Origin: Eledone cirrhosa
Lineage: Eukaryota
Direction of reading: 5' to 3'
NCBI GenBank assembly: GCA_964016885.1
Contig: OZ024744.1
Span: forward strand, 46,252,001 to 46,316,000
DNA length: 64,000 nt
In this document: piece by piece, positions 1 through 16,630 of the stretch
Position numbering within the stretch: the stretch's first letter is position 1
Layout of the letters: every line of letters begins with the position of its first letter
Program-made: the position numbers and the translations under genes
The notes under the pieces: generated by a model
What the model saw: the letters and a program-made list of their open reading frames with translations, nothing else
Told to the model about the DNA's origin: nothing
The model's database searches: none

Positions 1-92
1 ATGTGTGTGTGTGTGTGTGTATGTATGTGTGTATGTATATATATATGTGTATGTATATAATTGTGTGTGTGGGTGTGCGTGTGCATGTGTGT
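1..92. repeat. (TG)n/(TA)n microsatellite
   Basis: Direct dinucleotide runs at the window start. Confidence 0.9.
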
Positions 93-454
93 TTATTTTT
101 CCTTTCCTTCTTCCTTTTCCAGCTCCACTTTCATATAGATTATATTTTTGTTTTTAAAATCCAACGCCAATAAATACAGCAGGATTTTTTCATTCTGATG
201 TTTGAAAGCAAAATTTGTTTGCTTTTAAGAAACCACTGGTAAATGGAATAATTGCCTTATGTTGTTTATTACATAATTATATATATATATATTCAGACTT
301 CAACGAAATTCTACGGATTATACCATAACCTGTATTGTACTGTACTGTATTGACTAAATTCGATACCCTATACTTCAGGTCATGTGTAACTCACACTGAA
401 TTCTCAGACTCGAACACACACTGATTCCATTTCCACATCTATATGCATTATCTG

Positions 455-917
455 ACTGCAACTTGAACTATATTGTATCTCTCCTGTGTTTTGATCTCTC
501 CATTTACTCCACCACCACTCGTTTGTTTATTTATATATTTATATCTTTCTACCTTTGCTGTATTAATGTTTTTTCCACGTATTCTACTTCTATACATCCA
601 TGTACTTTTTACTTCTTTTATTCGGACTTTTACTCGCGTGTACCCATTAGCACACGACACTAGAATGTCTCCCCCTGGGAACATAAATACTGCAACCTGA
701 ACTATATTGTATTTCTCCTATGTCTTGATTTCTCCATCTTACTCCACCACCACTCTTGTTGGTTTATTTATATATTTATACCTTTGCTTTATTAATGTGC
801 TTTTCCACGTATTCTACTTCTATGTGTCCATGTATTTCTACTCCTCTTATTGGGACTTTTACTCACTTGTACCCATTAGCACATGGCACTAGAATGTCTC
901 CCCCTGAGAACAAAAAT
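455..917. repeat. Two diverged tandem copies of a ~230-bp unit
   Basis: actgcaac(t/c)tgaactatattgtat... starts at ~455 and ~689; both copies end cccattagcaca..cactagaatgtctcccc. Confidence 0.85.
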
Positions 918-1837
918 AAATATTACCCGACTATATCCCTTACTCTACATCCCACTAGGATAACTTATAGAGGATCTATATAATACAATTAACGTTTCTT
1001 CATAAAAGACTCTCTTTAACTAAACCCCGCAACCCAAAACCTTAAAAAAGTTTGTTAAATGTTTAATTTTCAATTTTCTATTTGTTCAATTCTCAGTCTT
1101 CTTACTCTCTAATTTTATAATGTTATTCTGAATTCTTTCAACTTCATCCTATAAATCTAAACAATATTTTAACGTTCCAACTTTCTGTCGGACTGTTGGG
1201 TTGGTTTTCCTGGTGGCGGGACCGGCCCCCCTGGCGCATAGGCCTACCTTGAGTGCTTGGAAAAATAAATTCCCCCTTCTTTCGGTAAATGAAACTACTC
1301 GGAGTCGCTTGATTCGCCCCAGGGGCCCGGCGTGCAGCCGGTTTTTTGACCGCCATATAATACCTTTAAATTACAGATCAAATCAGAACTATTAGATGTA
1401 TCACGCCTCCCTCTACTTAAGCAAATCCCCCTCCTGGGTAAAGGAATAGTACTGGTTTTGTACAAGGATGGCCTAACAATGCGGGCTGACCTCCTGCTGG
1501 CGCACCTGAAGCCTGTTATACATTCCTAGAGTGCTCGGAAAAATCGATTTCCATATCTTTCGCTAGGCGATATCACTCGGAGTGATGGGCTGCCCAAGCT
1601 TGTAGTCGCCGCATGCTGTTTGACGGCTAAACAAAGACATAATCTTTACTCTATAATAAAATTTAAGTGTCTTCATAAAAGACTCTTTCTTTGCTTAAAT
1701 CTCGCAACCTTAATTTTATAATGTTAATATTAAATATTAATTGTTTAACTTCATCCTATAAGTCTAAACAAAAATGTAACGTTCCAATCTTCTGCTCACA
1801 CATTATAACATACTGACCCCACTATATTTACCTCTGC

Positions 1838-2282
1838 TAAGATACGGGTCCCTTTGAAAATATTTTTTTCGCGCCATTCCTTTCTTCCTCTTTCTTTCTA
1901 TCTTTCTTCTTGTAGCCATCAACCCTGACTTTTCTTCTTCCTTCTCTTCTCCCTTATTTCTGTCTTTCTCCTTGTGGCATAATATTAACGCTGACTTATC
2001 TTCCTCCCCCTTTTTGTTTGCCTATATTTGACCGGTAGTAGTTGTTAAGATACGGGTCCCTTAGAATAAATTTTTTTCGCGACATTCCTGGCCTGACTGT
2101 AATACCGACCTTTCCACCTCTTTCTTTCTGTCTTTCTTCTTATAGCTGACATTAACCCTGACTTCTCTTCTTCTCCCTTCCCCCTTCTTCTCTCTTCTTT
2201 CTTTCTTTTTTCTCGTGGCATGATATTAACGCTGACTTATGTTCCTATTCCTTTCTGTTTTCCTTTATTTGACCGGTAGTAG
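1838..2282. repeat. Two diverged tandem copies of a ~205-235-bp pyrimidine-rich unit
   Basis: taagatacgggtccctt at ~1838 and ~2046; both copies end tttgaccggtagtag. Confidence 0.85.
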
Positions 2283-2661
2283 CACACTGTAAGCTTTAGC
2301 CACGTCACTTGAGGGCGACTGGCAAAGGTGGAAGATGCAGGATGGCGGTCGCCCTCGGGTCTTTGATTTTCAGCCCCATGGATTTTATCTATTACATTCA
2401 CTTATTATATTTCGAATACCTGATATCACCGGATTCATACGGAACCCGGTCATTGAAATGATCAAAGTATAATAAACCTTTCAAGGATTTACACAAGTCC
2501 AGCCTCCTGTCATTTCATTATAATAGTTAACTCCGTAATAGCACCACCAACTACAAAAACAAAGACGGTTGAACTGCTTTACGTTGAGTACTCTCCATAT
2601 TATTACATTAAGATTGACCATACGGAATTGACCAGCTCTATCCAGTGGTGAACCTCAAACC

Positions 2662-2717
<56 letters not shown>

Positions 2718-2820
2718 GACATATATGTTGAGATAGGATCTCTCAACCTTCACATTTTATATTCTGCCTTCCAGAGTGTGTCTGTATATTTGTGTGTTTC
2801 ATATTTCACATTGATGGGGT

Positions 2821-3319
<499 letters not shown>

Positions 3320-4439
3320 ATTTCTAGTTATAGATCTTTACATAAAGGAGTCTCACCACTTCAACTGATACATTAAGATATGTAGATATGGTTAATATAT
3401 ACTATGTAGTCTAATATACAAAGGGTCCATAAAAGATTGCAGAACTTTGCTTTCTTCTTCTAAAAAGTTGTAATGTAGCATTCAGTTGGTACAAGTAATA
3501 AGATATATGACAGCGTAAGACTGATTCTTGGATGAAGAAAAGGCAAGTGCTTATATGTATATATATATATATGAATCTTGTGCAATATTCCACTATTATT
3601 TTTGTTAAGGTGAGAGAAGCTCTATTCACAATAAAATCCTCAGCTGATAAAACAGACGAATAAGACATCTATAGTTAAGGTTCTTGTTATTTAGGACAGT
3701 TCAGGTGACAAGAGAATTAATATCCATAATTTCAAAAGACGAAGGTTAATATATATATATACAGACATACAGTGTGTACGTATGAGAGAGAGAAATAAAT
3801 AGACGTGTATGTGTGTGTAGAAATATGTGTAGGTGTTGTAATAAATCAAGATATTTCACTTCAGATAGAAAAGTTCACAATGTTTGTGGTGGAAAACGAA
3901 ATAATACGTACTTTAGTTTTCAAGACCAAATATAAAGTCAAGAAAATTAGTAAAAACTAAAAGTTCACTGATTTCTGATTAAAATAATATTTTCCTGTCC
4001 TGTAAAATGTTGAACAACCACTTCAATATTTAATAATACAGGTGATAAAACAACAACTATAAGGTAAATAAGTCACCTTATGTTATTTACAAACATTAAC
4101 GTTTACCTTAATATGAAATAATCACCATAAAAGATAAAATTAGATGAGGTTTAAGTTGTAACAATGGAGCTGATATAAATGGTAATATTTCACTGTCTAG
4201 TTGACACCGGTGTCATCACTTAAAAGTCCCCTACATAATTTAATACATTCAGAAACAACTTCAGTTATATTACTTCACACGTTCAATCTATATGTTAGTT
4301 CTTTATTCAGATTTGTATAAATAACATTATTAATGTTACAAAACTGTTTATATTAAAACAAAACACATTATTAAAGGTAATAAACTAGAAATGTAAAGAA
4401 CGAACAATGAAAATGAATGAAGCTACTAAAATAATTGTT

Positions 4440-4560
4440 TCTATTTTTGGCACAAGGCCAGCAATTATTCCAGTGCATTACTGGTACTTTATTTTATCGA
4501 CCCCGTAAGGATGAAAGGCAAAGTTAACCTGGGCAGGATTTGAACTCAAACCATAAAGGG
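4440..4560 (-). mobile_element. SINE fragment with Nin/Deu-like core
   Basis: Reverse complement reads gagttcaaatcc...tttcatccttacggggtcgataaaataaagtaccag, the same core as 10911-11088 and 53055-53172. Confidence 0.7.
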
Positions 4561-4989
4561 GCGTGACTCTATGCTGCAAAGCAAGGCATCCGACCCTCAA
4601 CTCATACTTGTAATCCACCTAATGGGAGAGGGACAGACACTATACTCCTGTCTGAGCTGTGACTCAGCCCCTCCCTATCTTCCTCTTCTCTCTATTACAG
4701 GCAGTGAAGCCTGGGTTTGTGGCCGCAGTCAACAGGTTGGAAGCAGAGATCCAACCCATGCTAAACATCCAACTAATTCTGCTACTTGTCTTTTTCAGCT
4801 GTGGAGATTAGAGACATGTGGAATGATGTGTCTTGCTTAAGGACACAATGTACCTCCCTAGCTGAGAATTGAACACATAATAGGATGTATGACTTCACTA
4901 TATATATACATATATATATACATATATGTGTGTATAGACATTTATATATATGTGAGTGCGTATGTACATATGCATATGTGCTATATATA

Positions 4990-7674
4990 TGTTGGAACAT
5001 ACGGACAATGCTTGACAGGGATTCCTCCGAACATCCTGAACAAAGGACTGCTCTTGTTGCAAAGGAGCTTCGTTATTACGATCTTCACATCGTGGCTTTA
5101 TCCAAGACAAGGTTAGCTGGAGATGGACCTCTTACAGAATTTGTGGAAAATATACATTCTTCTCGAAAGGAAGAGATGAAGGAACCAGAAGAGAGGCTGT
5201 AAGACAGCTCTTGTGGATAAATTGGAAGAATTCCCATTCGGGATTAGTGAGTGTCTTATGTCCATGAGGATTCCGGGGGACAAAGGAAGATATGCGACCC
5301 TGGTGAGTGTGTATGCTCCAACTATAAATTCTGTTGATGAAGAAAAGGTGTCTTTCTACCATGAAAGGTTTTAAGAAATATCCCTCAGGCAGACAAGGTC
5401 ATCCTGCTTGGTGACTTTAATGCTAGAGTGGGTAGGGATTTTAACAGATGGAATGTAATCAGAAGGCATAGGGTGGGAAAGTGTAACACCAATGGTATGC
5501 TCCTGCTGCAGATATGTGAGGAGCTGGATCTGTGTTACCATCACCATGTTCCAAAAAGAACAAATTTAAGACCACATTGATGCATCCTGCATCTAAAGAA
5601 TGGCATCTTTTGGAAGATTTCCTCAATCTCATTCTTGAAAAACCTGTGAAAGTAGCTCTCGTAGAACCACTGATGCTTGTATAGGTTGCAGTAGCTATCT
5701 CGAGGCTGAACAGTGGAAGGTCTCCAGGTATAGATGGCATACATGCAGAGCTCTTACTATATGGTGGTGAGAGACTTCTGTGACTTCTTCACCCTTTGTT
5801 TGACAGAATATGGGCTAGTGAATCTGTACCTGAGGACTGGAGAGTTGCAGTAATGGTTGTCTTGTACAAGGGAAAGGCTAACAAGAATGATTGTGGAAAC
5901 TATGGGGGTATATCATTGCTTTCTGTTGTAGGAAAAATTTACTGTAGGGTGCTTCTGGACTGTCTGCTGACACACATTGTAGATTGTGTTGTTCCTGAAA
6001 GTCAATCTGGATTTTGTGCTGGACACAGCACTACTGATATGATCTTCTCAGCTAGACAGCTCCAGAAGTGCATGGAAAAAGGTTTGGATCTGTATCAGGT
6101 TTTTGTTGATCTGACAAAAATCTTTTGATACTGTTAACAGGAATGCATTGTGGAACGTTCTCCAGAAACTTGGTTGCCCTGATAAGTTCCTTGCCTTGGT
6201 CAGGTCTTTCCATGACAACATGAAGACTTGGGTTAATGTCAGAGGTAACATGTCAGAGCCTATCTCAGTAAAAAATGGAGTGAAACAAGGGGATATTCCA
6301 GCACCGACCCAGTTTGCCATATACTTTGCAATGGTTTTCTATATTGCATTCAAAAATTGTGAGCATGGTGTTTAGATCTACTATTGAACCTCTGGAAACA
6401 TATTTAGCATCAGGTGCTTTGCTGCAAAAACAAAAGTATTTTCATCAATCATAAGAGACCTCTTGTATGCAGATGATTGCGATCTTGTAGCCCGCACAGA
6501 GATTGAAATGCAGCACATTTTGAATGCATTTTCTGATGCTTGCACTGCCCTAGAATTGACTGTCAGTCTCAAGAAAACTGTCGTCATGTACCAACCTGCC
6601 CCTGGTAAGCAGTACAGTGAACCAAATATCTATGTGTATGGTAAACGACTTGGAGTGGTTGATCAGTTTGTCTACCTGGGAAGCACTGTCAATCAATACA
6701 GCAACCTTGATAATGAAATTCCACTCAGGATTAGGAAAGCAAGTGTTGCTTCCGGAAAGCTAGAAAGGCGACTCTGCGGTCGGCGAGACATATGCAAGAA
6801 GACAAAGGTAAAGGTGTACAAGACATGTGTGCTCTCTTCTCTTCTTTATGCCTGCAAGACCTGGGTCACATATCGACACCACCTTAAGCAATTGGAGCGT
6901 TTCCATCAGATGTGTCTCAGACGGATCCATGGCGTTCACTGGAGGGAACACATCAGTGATATCGAGATTTTTGAAAGCTCTATGTGTGACAGTATAGAAG
7001 CTCTTGTGCTTAAGCAACGACTCCGTTGGAGTGGTCACCTTGCCAGGATGAAGGATTCTAGAATACCAAAACAACTCTTTAATGGAGAGTTAGTTAAAGG
7101 AAAACGACCGCCACATAAACCAAAAAAGAAGTATAATGATTCGTTGAAACCATCGTTGAAAGATGCTAGCATCTTTGCTGATACATGGGAAAATATTGCT
7201 GCTGATTGTAATAAATGGAGAAAAACTGTATATGAGGGAAAAGTTGCCTTTGAGACATCTCGAATCGCATACGAGAAAGTAAAGTGGGATGTGAGGAAGA
7301 GCATTACTGTTGCACTTCCAGACGGCGAGGGTCCTCCTATGGCGCTGATATGCAGCGTCTGTGCGAGACTCTGTCTAAGCAAAGCTGGACTCGAAAGTCA
7401 TCTTCGCAGTCATAAAGTAAGACCAGTGGTTGACTACCAGGCTGCTGTTGGAGATGCTACTCATCATGCTTGCCAAGCATGTGGTAGAGAATGTAAATCA
7501 GCAGGAGGGCTCAAACGACATGCAAAAGTACATGAACTCCAACCACAGCCGGCTATTCCCAGTGAATGTTTTGGTTGCCGACTCTGTGCAAGACATTTTA
7601 GATCATTGGCTGGGCTAAAAAGCCACATTCGATCGCAGTGCTGTTAGTTGCTATCGTGTGTGTGTAGATATATC

Positions 7675-7760
<86 letters not shown>
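4990..7760 (+). mobile_element. Degraded RTE-clade LINE (APE endonuclease + RT + C-terminal C2H2 fingers) followed by (TG)n
   Basis: WNIRTMLDR..RTALVAKEL..IVALSKTRL endonuclease start; LYKGK..CGNYGGISLLS, PESQSGF, FVDL, GVKQGD, YADD, FVYLGS and RLRWSGH RT motifs across frameshifted ORFs; internal deletion near 5620. Confidence 0.9.
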
Positions 7761-7772
<12 letters not shown>

Positions 7773-7959
7773 GTTATGTAATAAACAACATAGGGCAATT
7801 ATTTCATCTACTGTAGGTTACAGTATTACTTCATTTATACAGCTCCAAGCACTCTTTTTTCCTGGACCTTTCCGACGGAATTACTTCATTTATATATATA
7901 TATATGTATATTATTAGTTGTTGTCGTTATTATTATTGTTATTATTATTATTATTGTTT

Positions 7960-8703
7960 TTTTCGTGCAATGGCCATACTCGAAAACGAGGGGGCAGCCA
8001 TCCTGTGTGTTTACACGTATGTATGGTGTGTATATGTGTACATAGGGTTTTGGTATATGTACGTTTGGTGAACATATGTGTATTTACCTGTAGGTATGTG
8101 TGAGTGTGCGTTCTATACGCATTTATGCGTGTATATTTATATATGTATATATATTATATGTATACACACAAACATATATTTATATGTGTATTTGGTGTAT
8201 ATGTCCGTATGAGTGCGGGTGTATGTGTCGCACCTTTTTACGTCCGTGTGCGCGTTTTTATGTGTACGTGCATGTACATGCATGCATGCCGCGTGCTTTC
8301 GCATATGCACGTGTATAATTGTGTGTATGTATATATTTAATTATTATTACTTTTATGATTATAATAACCTCTGTCATTTTCGTTCAACTAATTTATTTAC
8401 ATTATTCTGAACTCCGAAGCCGAGAATCATTCAGTTTCCTAAATAGTATATTAGTCTACGACTCCATTTATACCATAAACGTGGTTTTGTCTTTACGTGT
8501 AATTGTTGTCACCGCTCCACATAACAATGTATTATCTTCACTTTTTTCCGTTCATTGCCAGGGAACGTCTTCACGAACAGAAGTATCGTCTTCCTGTTTT
8601 CCTTCGGTTGCAACTTTTTTCGAAATATTTACTTCTGCGTTCTCAGATTGATTTTTTTTTAGTTTCAGAAGATCCCTTTAAGGGCGAAAGCAGCAATTCT
8701 TTG
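7960..8703 (+). mobile_element. Diverged 3'-UTR/pseudo-LTR fragment of the Penelope-like family
   Basis: 8451-8703 aligns by eye with 48021-48271 (ttagtctacgac..ataccataaacgtgg; agtttcagaagatccc..gaaagcagc). Confidence 0.75.
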
Positions 8704-9550
8704 TGTATGTGGGGTGTGGATTGGAGAGATAGGTCAGAGGGGTTACTTCGCTGGTGGAGTGTTAAAACGTGGGGAGGTGGAAAATTGGAGCATACTTCAA
8801 ACCACTAAATGTTACTTCATCCCGTGCACATGGTCTCCTGCAGTACTGTATAACGCCAGAGATTTCAATCCTGTGTCATCACCTTTGAGAAGTACAATGC
8901 TATCAGGTCAGTTTTCACCTCCTCATCCCAAGCATTCATAGGTCTTCCTCTTCCATCAATTTCAAGCGGTCAACCTTTTATACAACATCTCTTCCTTCAT
9001 ACACATCACATGTCCATAACACAGCAATCTACACTCCTGCATACTGTATCTTATCCCTCTCATGCCCAGGTTCTCTCTCAGTTTATTTACATTTTGCTCT
9101 TCATGTATATTAATATTACACATCCATCGGAGAATTGAAGCTTCATTTCTATCCAATCTTCGGAGGTCCTCTGCACACACCGCCCAGATCTCACTGCAAT
9201 GCAGCATTGCTGTTCATATGCAGACATCAATTTGATGAAACAACCTTTTGTAGCTAGCAGTAGTAGTAGCACCCTAAACCTTTGCCATCTTGTTCTTACT
9301 CTGGTTATTGTACTTTCAGAACACCTACCTCAATGCTAATTTGGTCACCCTGGTAACAGAAACTGTCAACTGCTTCTACAGAATCCTTTAAATATTTGAA
9401 AGAGCTTGTCTCCTAAAGCGATTGCTTCTTACTGCTCCAGTGCAATGACACCTTGTAAAACCTACGTTCTTAGCTAACTTACTTTGTATCCCACTCCTGT
9501 GTACCTATAGTCTATTTAGTGTAAATAAAGTTTCATACACATAACATGTT
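8700..9550 (-). mobile_element. RTE-clade LINE 3' fragment
   Basis: ORF 8962..9207 (MLHCSEIWAVCAEDLRRLDRNEASILRWMC) is homologous to 44464..44901; paralogue at 58440-59450. Confidence 0.85.
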
Positions 9551-9659
9551 CTTTCCTCCAACAATTTTCACCCTAAACAGAGGAGAGTTTCATAGTGTCA
9601 AAAAGGGAGGTAAATATTTAGTGCAGAAATTGTCAGGCTTAATTATATATGTAATTAGA

Positions 9660-10300
9660 CACACATAGAAGTGGTTGATAGCTTTTGCAATCCAGGTGAC
9701 TTAATTAGCAGTGGAGGAGGCTGCTCTGAAAGATGAATATCTAGAATAAGGATAGGATTGAAAAAGTTTAGAGAGCTACTGCAACAGTTGACCGCAAAAG
9801 GTTTCTCGCTCTGTACAAAAGGACAACTGTATGAGACATGTGGGTGATGTGCAATGATGCGTGGTAACGAAACCAGGGCTATGTCTGCAGAGGATAAGTA
9901 GACTGGAGAGAAATGCAACAACCATGTTTTGTAGGATATGTTATGTAAGTGTGAGAGAAAGGCAGAGTTTGGACAAGTTCAAGAAGAAGCTGGGTTTAAG
10001 AGTGATCTGAAGTGGTGTGTAAGAGAGAAGACTGTGTTTGTACGGACATGTGATGAACATGGATAATGACAACTGGGTGAAGGAGTGCCAGGAAATCCCA
10101 GTAGAAGGAAGCCATAGTAGAGGTAGACCAAGAAAGACCTGGACAGAGGCTGTGTGAACTGACTTCAAATCACTGACTCTCACAAAGGAGATGACAAAGG
10201 AACACGACGTGTTGAAAGATGCCATGTTGAGAAGGACCTGCCCAACGAAGCAAGCATGGAAAAACAGACATAAAAACAGTGATGATGATGAAGATGACGT
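9660..10300 (+). mobile_element. RTE-clade LINE 3' fragment ending in (GAT)n
   Basis: GHVM..GRPRKTW-coding remnants and a gatgatgat tail; paralogue at 61020-61660. Confidence 0.8.
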
Positions 10301-10549
10301 ACATATACACACATACATAATCAAATACTTATATACAAACACAGATATGCCCATACTTATAGACAAATATATACATGGACACACATTTCTACACACATAC
10401 ATTCACATATATATAGCATATGTAAATTCTGAATCATACAGTTTTGTCAGCACACGTCTTGGTTACAACTTCTACAAATAAAATGAAAGGAGAATAATTT
10501 CTTAGTAAAACAGTTTTATTCAAAATATTAACAACATTGGTGGCACTAT

Positions 10550-12770
<2,221 letters not shown>

Positions 12771-13559
12771 CTAAAAAATATACCTTCTATATTTCCCTCA
12801 ACTGTAATTTCAGTTAATATCTGAAGATAATGCAAACTTATGTTTCATCCAAGTTTAGTTAAAATACAAAACCATCTTATAGTGAAGAAAATAAACTCAG
12901 TTTTGAGGAAATATTTCAGTTATTCGACGAGAGATTTATATAAACAGTGTTATATAAGTTCTGTTTAAAAGATTTTAGTCTTAAAATGATGATAAATAGA
13001 GGTGATGTATCCAAGATTGAAAATAATAATTTATCCTAATGTCATCTGATATTCTGAAATAAGAAAGAAACAGTATGAGATAATAGAGAATACTTTAGAA
13101 GCAGAGATAGATTTAACAGTGGAAATTTTATATTTCTATATTGGTAAACTGTAGATATCATCTTTCCTGTCCAGAGCAATTCTCTCCAATGTAAGCAGTG
13201 GTATTCCAGCATTCTCTATAAATTATATCCTTCTATCTCTCCAGAGGTCTGCTCTATGGCAGTTTAGCAAAAAATTCATTCTTATAGGACTTATAAGAAA
13301 GAAACAGTATGAGATAATAGAAAATACTTAAAATACAGGGATAGATTTAACAGTGGAAATTTTACACTTTTACCAGTGTCAAAGACGTTACTTTTTCCCT
13401 AATGTAAGTCTCAAAAATCTACCATACGTCCTGGAGGCCGAAGGTTGTTTATTATTTTTTTTTTAAAATTTGGCTGTCTTCGGCACCGGTAAATATGGTA
13501 CATTGGTAAACTGTAGAAATATACCTGTGTGATGTTTATTTATATAAACCAAGGCTATA

Positions 13560-14295
13560 TATATGTCAAACTACAGCTGCACCATCACGATAGCGGTGTC
13601 ATCTAGTACAGGGCCCCAAAACTGTGGTAACCTTGTGAGATGGGTTTGGCACGGTCAACTGGCTACCCTCCCCATAGTGACACAGCCAACTGGCCAGCCC
13701 CTCTTGTAACTGTACCATCCAGTACCAGTCCCCATAACTATGGTAACCTCAAGAAAAGGCTATGGCCCATCTGGCTGGCCACCCCTCCTCATAATGGTGC
13801 CACCCAGTACCAGGCCCCAAAATTGTATTTGTACTGTGAGATGGGTTAAGTGCGGTCAACTGGCCTGTCCCTCCTCATAACAGAGCCATCCAGTCCCACA
13901 CTGTAAACATGGTTGGTGTTAGGAAGGGAATCAAGCTGTAAAACCCAACTCCTGGCGTGGATGACCCGTCTAACCCATGCCAAAATGGAAAAATGGACAT
14001 TAAATGGTGATGACACAGACATATATATATATATCCCACCCACACTGGACATGTAAAAGACACCACAAAAAGCACCCAGCCCACACTGTAAAGTGGGCAT
14101 GTAGGTGTATTGGGAAATGCACCCAGTCCACACTGTCAATGTGGTTGGCGTTAGGAAGGGCATCCAGCCATAGAAAGCTAGCCAGAAACACCCCTATATG
14201 AGTGAGGCACGGTCACCTGACCCAATTTGCTTCTAAATGGGACCCGTCTAACCCATGCTAGCGTGGAAGATGGACGTTAATTGATGATGATGATA
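13560..14295 (+). mobile_element. RTE-related 3'-end repeats (two tails ending in GAT repeats)
   Basis: cacactgtaaa..ggttgg(c/t)gttaggaaggg..acccatgc..gatgat matches the 3' UTR of the LINE at 45110-45280. Confidence 0.7.
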
Positions 14296-14500
14296 TATAA
14301 TAAAATGTTGTAGTTTCCTTGAAGCATTCTATATAATATATAATGTTGAAAGAGATAGAAGGCTAAACAATGCAAAATGGACTGTAAGATGAGGTAAGGA
14401 AAAGTAAAAGTTACCTGGTAATCTTTGTTTATTTTTGTTGTTGTTGTTCTTTCAGGTGTCCAATATTTTGGGACCTAAAAGTCCTTTCTTCAGGGTTTAA

Positions 14501-14903
14501 CCCTTTAGCATTTATATTACTCTATATATACTATTATATTTCCATGGTAAAGTCTTTACCTCACATAACATTTACATTACTCTATATATACTATTATATT
14601 TTCACAGTAAAGTCTTTACCTCACCTAATATCTCACATACCATTCACATTACTATATATATATGCTATTATATTTTCACAGTAAAGTCTTTACCTCACCT
14701 AATAACTCACATACCATTCACATTACCATATATATATACTATTATATTTTCACAGTAAAGTCTTTACCTCACATAATATCGAATCTATGAGATTTTGATA
14801 TTTATATTGAGAATAATACCTTAATATCAGTAAGAGTGTCCAGTTACGGCTGGTTTGAGCAGAAAAAGGGGACAGAATTCTGGCCGGTTTAAATGTTAAA
14901 GAG
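14501..14903. mobile_element. Putative piggyBac-like MITE carrying a ~58-72-bp tandem repeat
   Basis: TTAA|CCCTTTAGCATTT ... AAATGTTAAAGAG|TTAT imperfect TIRs; four internal units of cattactctatatatactattatattttcacagtaaagtctttacctcac. Confidence 0.55.
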
Positions 14904-15004
14904 TTATGCAACTTTCAGTGGATTACGTTCCAATTTCCTCTCTTCAGAATTAAATTCTGATTTTGATGAAAATCTTTTCTAAGTCGTTTTCAAGCATTTT
15001 ATAA

Positions 15005-15195
15005 AATTGATGGAAGCTGTGAAGTAGAGAGACCTGGGATGAGGTGATAAAAGCTGACCTCACACAATTGATGGAAGCTATGGAGTAGGAAGACCTAGGG
15101 TGAGGTGATAAAAGCTGACCTCACACAATTGATGGAAGCTATGGAGTAGGAAGACCTAGGATGAGGTGATAAAAGCTGACCTCACACAATTGAAC
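15005..15195 (+). repeat. Three tandem ~62-bp copies of an RTE 3' coding fragment
   Basis: aattgatggaagct..agacct..gaggtgataaaagctgacctcacac repeated three times. Confidence 0.85.
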
Positions 15196-16274
15196 TTCTC
15201 AAAGACAATGACACAGGATCGAGATATTTGGTGTTATGCAGTAATATAGAAGACCAGCCTTCCCTAGCATTAATATCAATGACTCCCACATGGACATCAA
15301 TACACATCTATATATACACACATTACTATATACACACCTAACATATCGAAGACCCCCGTTGATCATGAATGACCACGTAATTTGCAACTAGAAAGTACCC
15401 CTCCGAGGCACAAGTCTGGTTGTTTGAGGAAGACCAGCAGTCACCCATGTATACCAGTCTACCCTCTCCACGCCACTGATGATGTCCAAGGAAAAGGTAA
15501 TGGCTGATACAGCTTGGTACCAATGACAGCACAACATATATATACACTATATATATATATATTACATATACTCTATGTAGAGTATATATATACTATATAT
15601 ATATTATATATACTCTATGTACAGTATATATACACTATATATATATATTATATATACACTGTGTACAGTATATATTATACACTATATATGTTGTCCAAGG
15701 GAAAGGTAATGGCTGACACAGCTTGGCACCAGTGACATCACATCATATATATACACTATATATATATATATACACTGTGTACAATATATATTATACACCA
15801 TATATGTTGTCCAAGGGAAAGGCAATGGCTGACACAGCTTGACACCAGTGACATCACAACATATATATAACTTATATCCCAGAGATCCATAGATTATTTC
15901 TATTCTACAGCTATCTTTCTTCCCCAATTTCAAAATCTTCTGTTTACATTATTATTATTATGATTCACTTGTTTCCACATCGTATATACTTCGACCTTGT
16001 TTTTTATATAAGCCATGTTGGACATTGTCTCTTTCTCTACAAACTCATCCCTAACCCCCGCCATTACCTCCATTTTCTCTCACTCATTCATTTCGGTGTT
16101 TACGAAGCTAGGTGTCCATCTTCGAAGTTCTTGCATATTTGCCTTGTCTAATATGCCTACTTGTATCTGCTTATTTCCCCCGAATCTCCTGTGATGATAT
16201 ATGTCATCATGGCTACCTATCTCACAATTTCCCACCCCTCACCATAGGCTATTTGACCAATCAAACCTCAGCAA

Positions 16275-16630
16275 CATGTCCTTACCCATTACCAGCCCCA
16301 ACAAAATCTGCCAATACTACTACTGTCCTTCTAGCCCTTACCAGCCCCAACAACCTCTGTCAGTACTACTACTGTCCTTCTGGACCTTACCAGCTCCAAC
16401 AAACTCTGCCATTATTACTACTGTCCTTCTAGCCCTTACCAGCCCCCAAAACTCTTCCATTACTACTACTGTCCTTCTAACCCTTACCAGCTCCAACAAA
16501 CTCTGCCATTACTACTACTGTCCTTCTAGACCTTACTAGCCCCAACAAACTCTGCCATTACTACTACTGTCCTTCTAGACCTTGCTAGCCCCAACAAACT
16601 CTGCCATTACTACTACTGTTTTGCTAGCCC
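16275..16630. repeat. 49-bp minisatellite, about 7 units
   Basis: Unit cagccccaacaaactctgccattactactactgtccttctagcccttac. Confidence 0.92.

Noticed and set aside
1144-1395. Short GC-rich ORFs on both strands
   Set aside because: No recognisable motifs or splice support.
14455-14496. Minus-strand CTGAAGAAAGGAC..GTCC-CAAAATATTG, a possible PLE hammerhead relic
   Set aside because: GAAA core is broken and stem I is not evident; at most a dead remnant.
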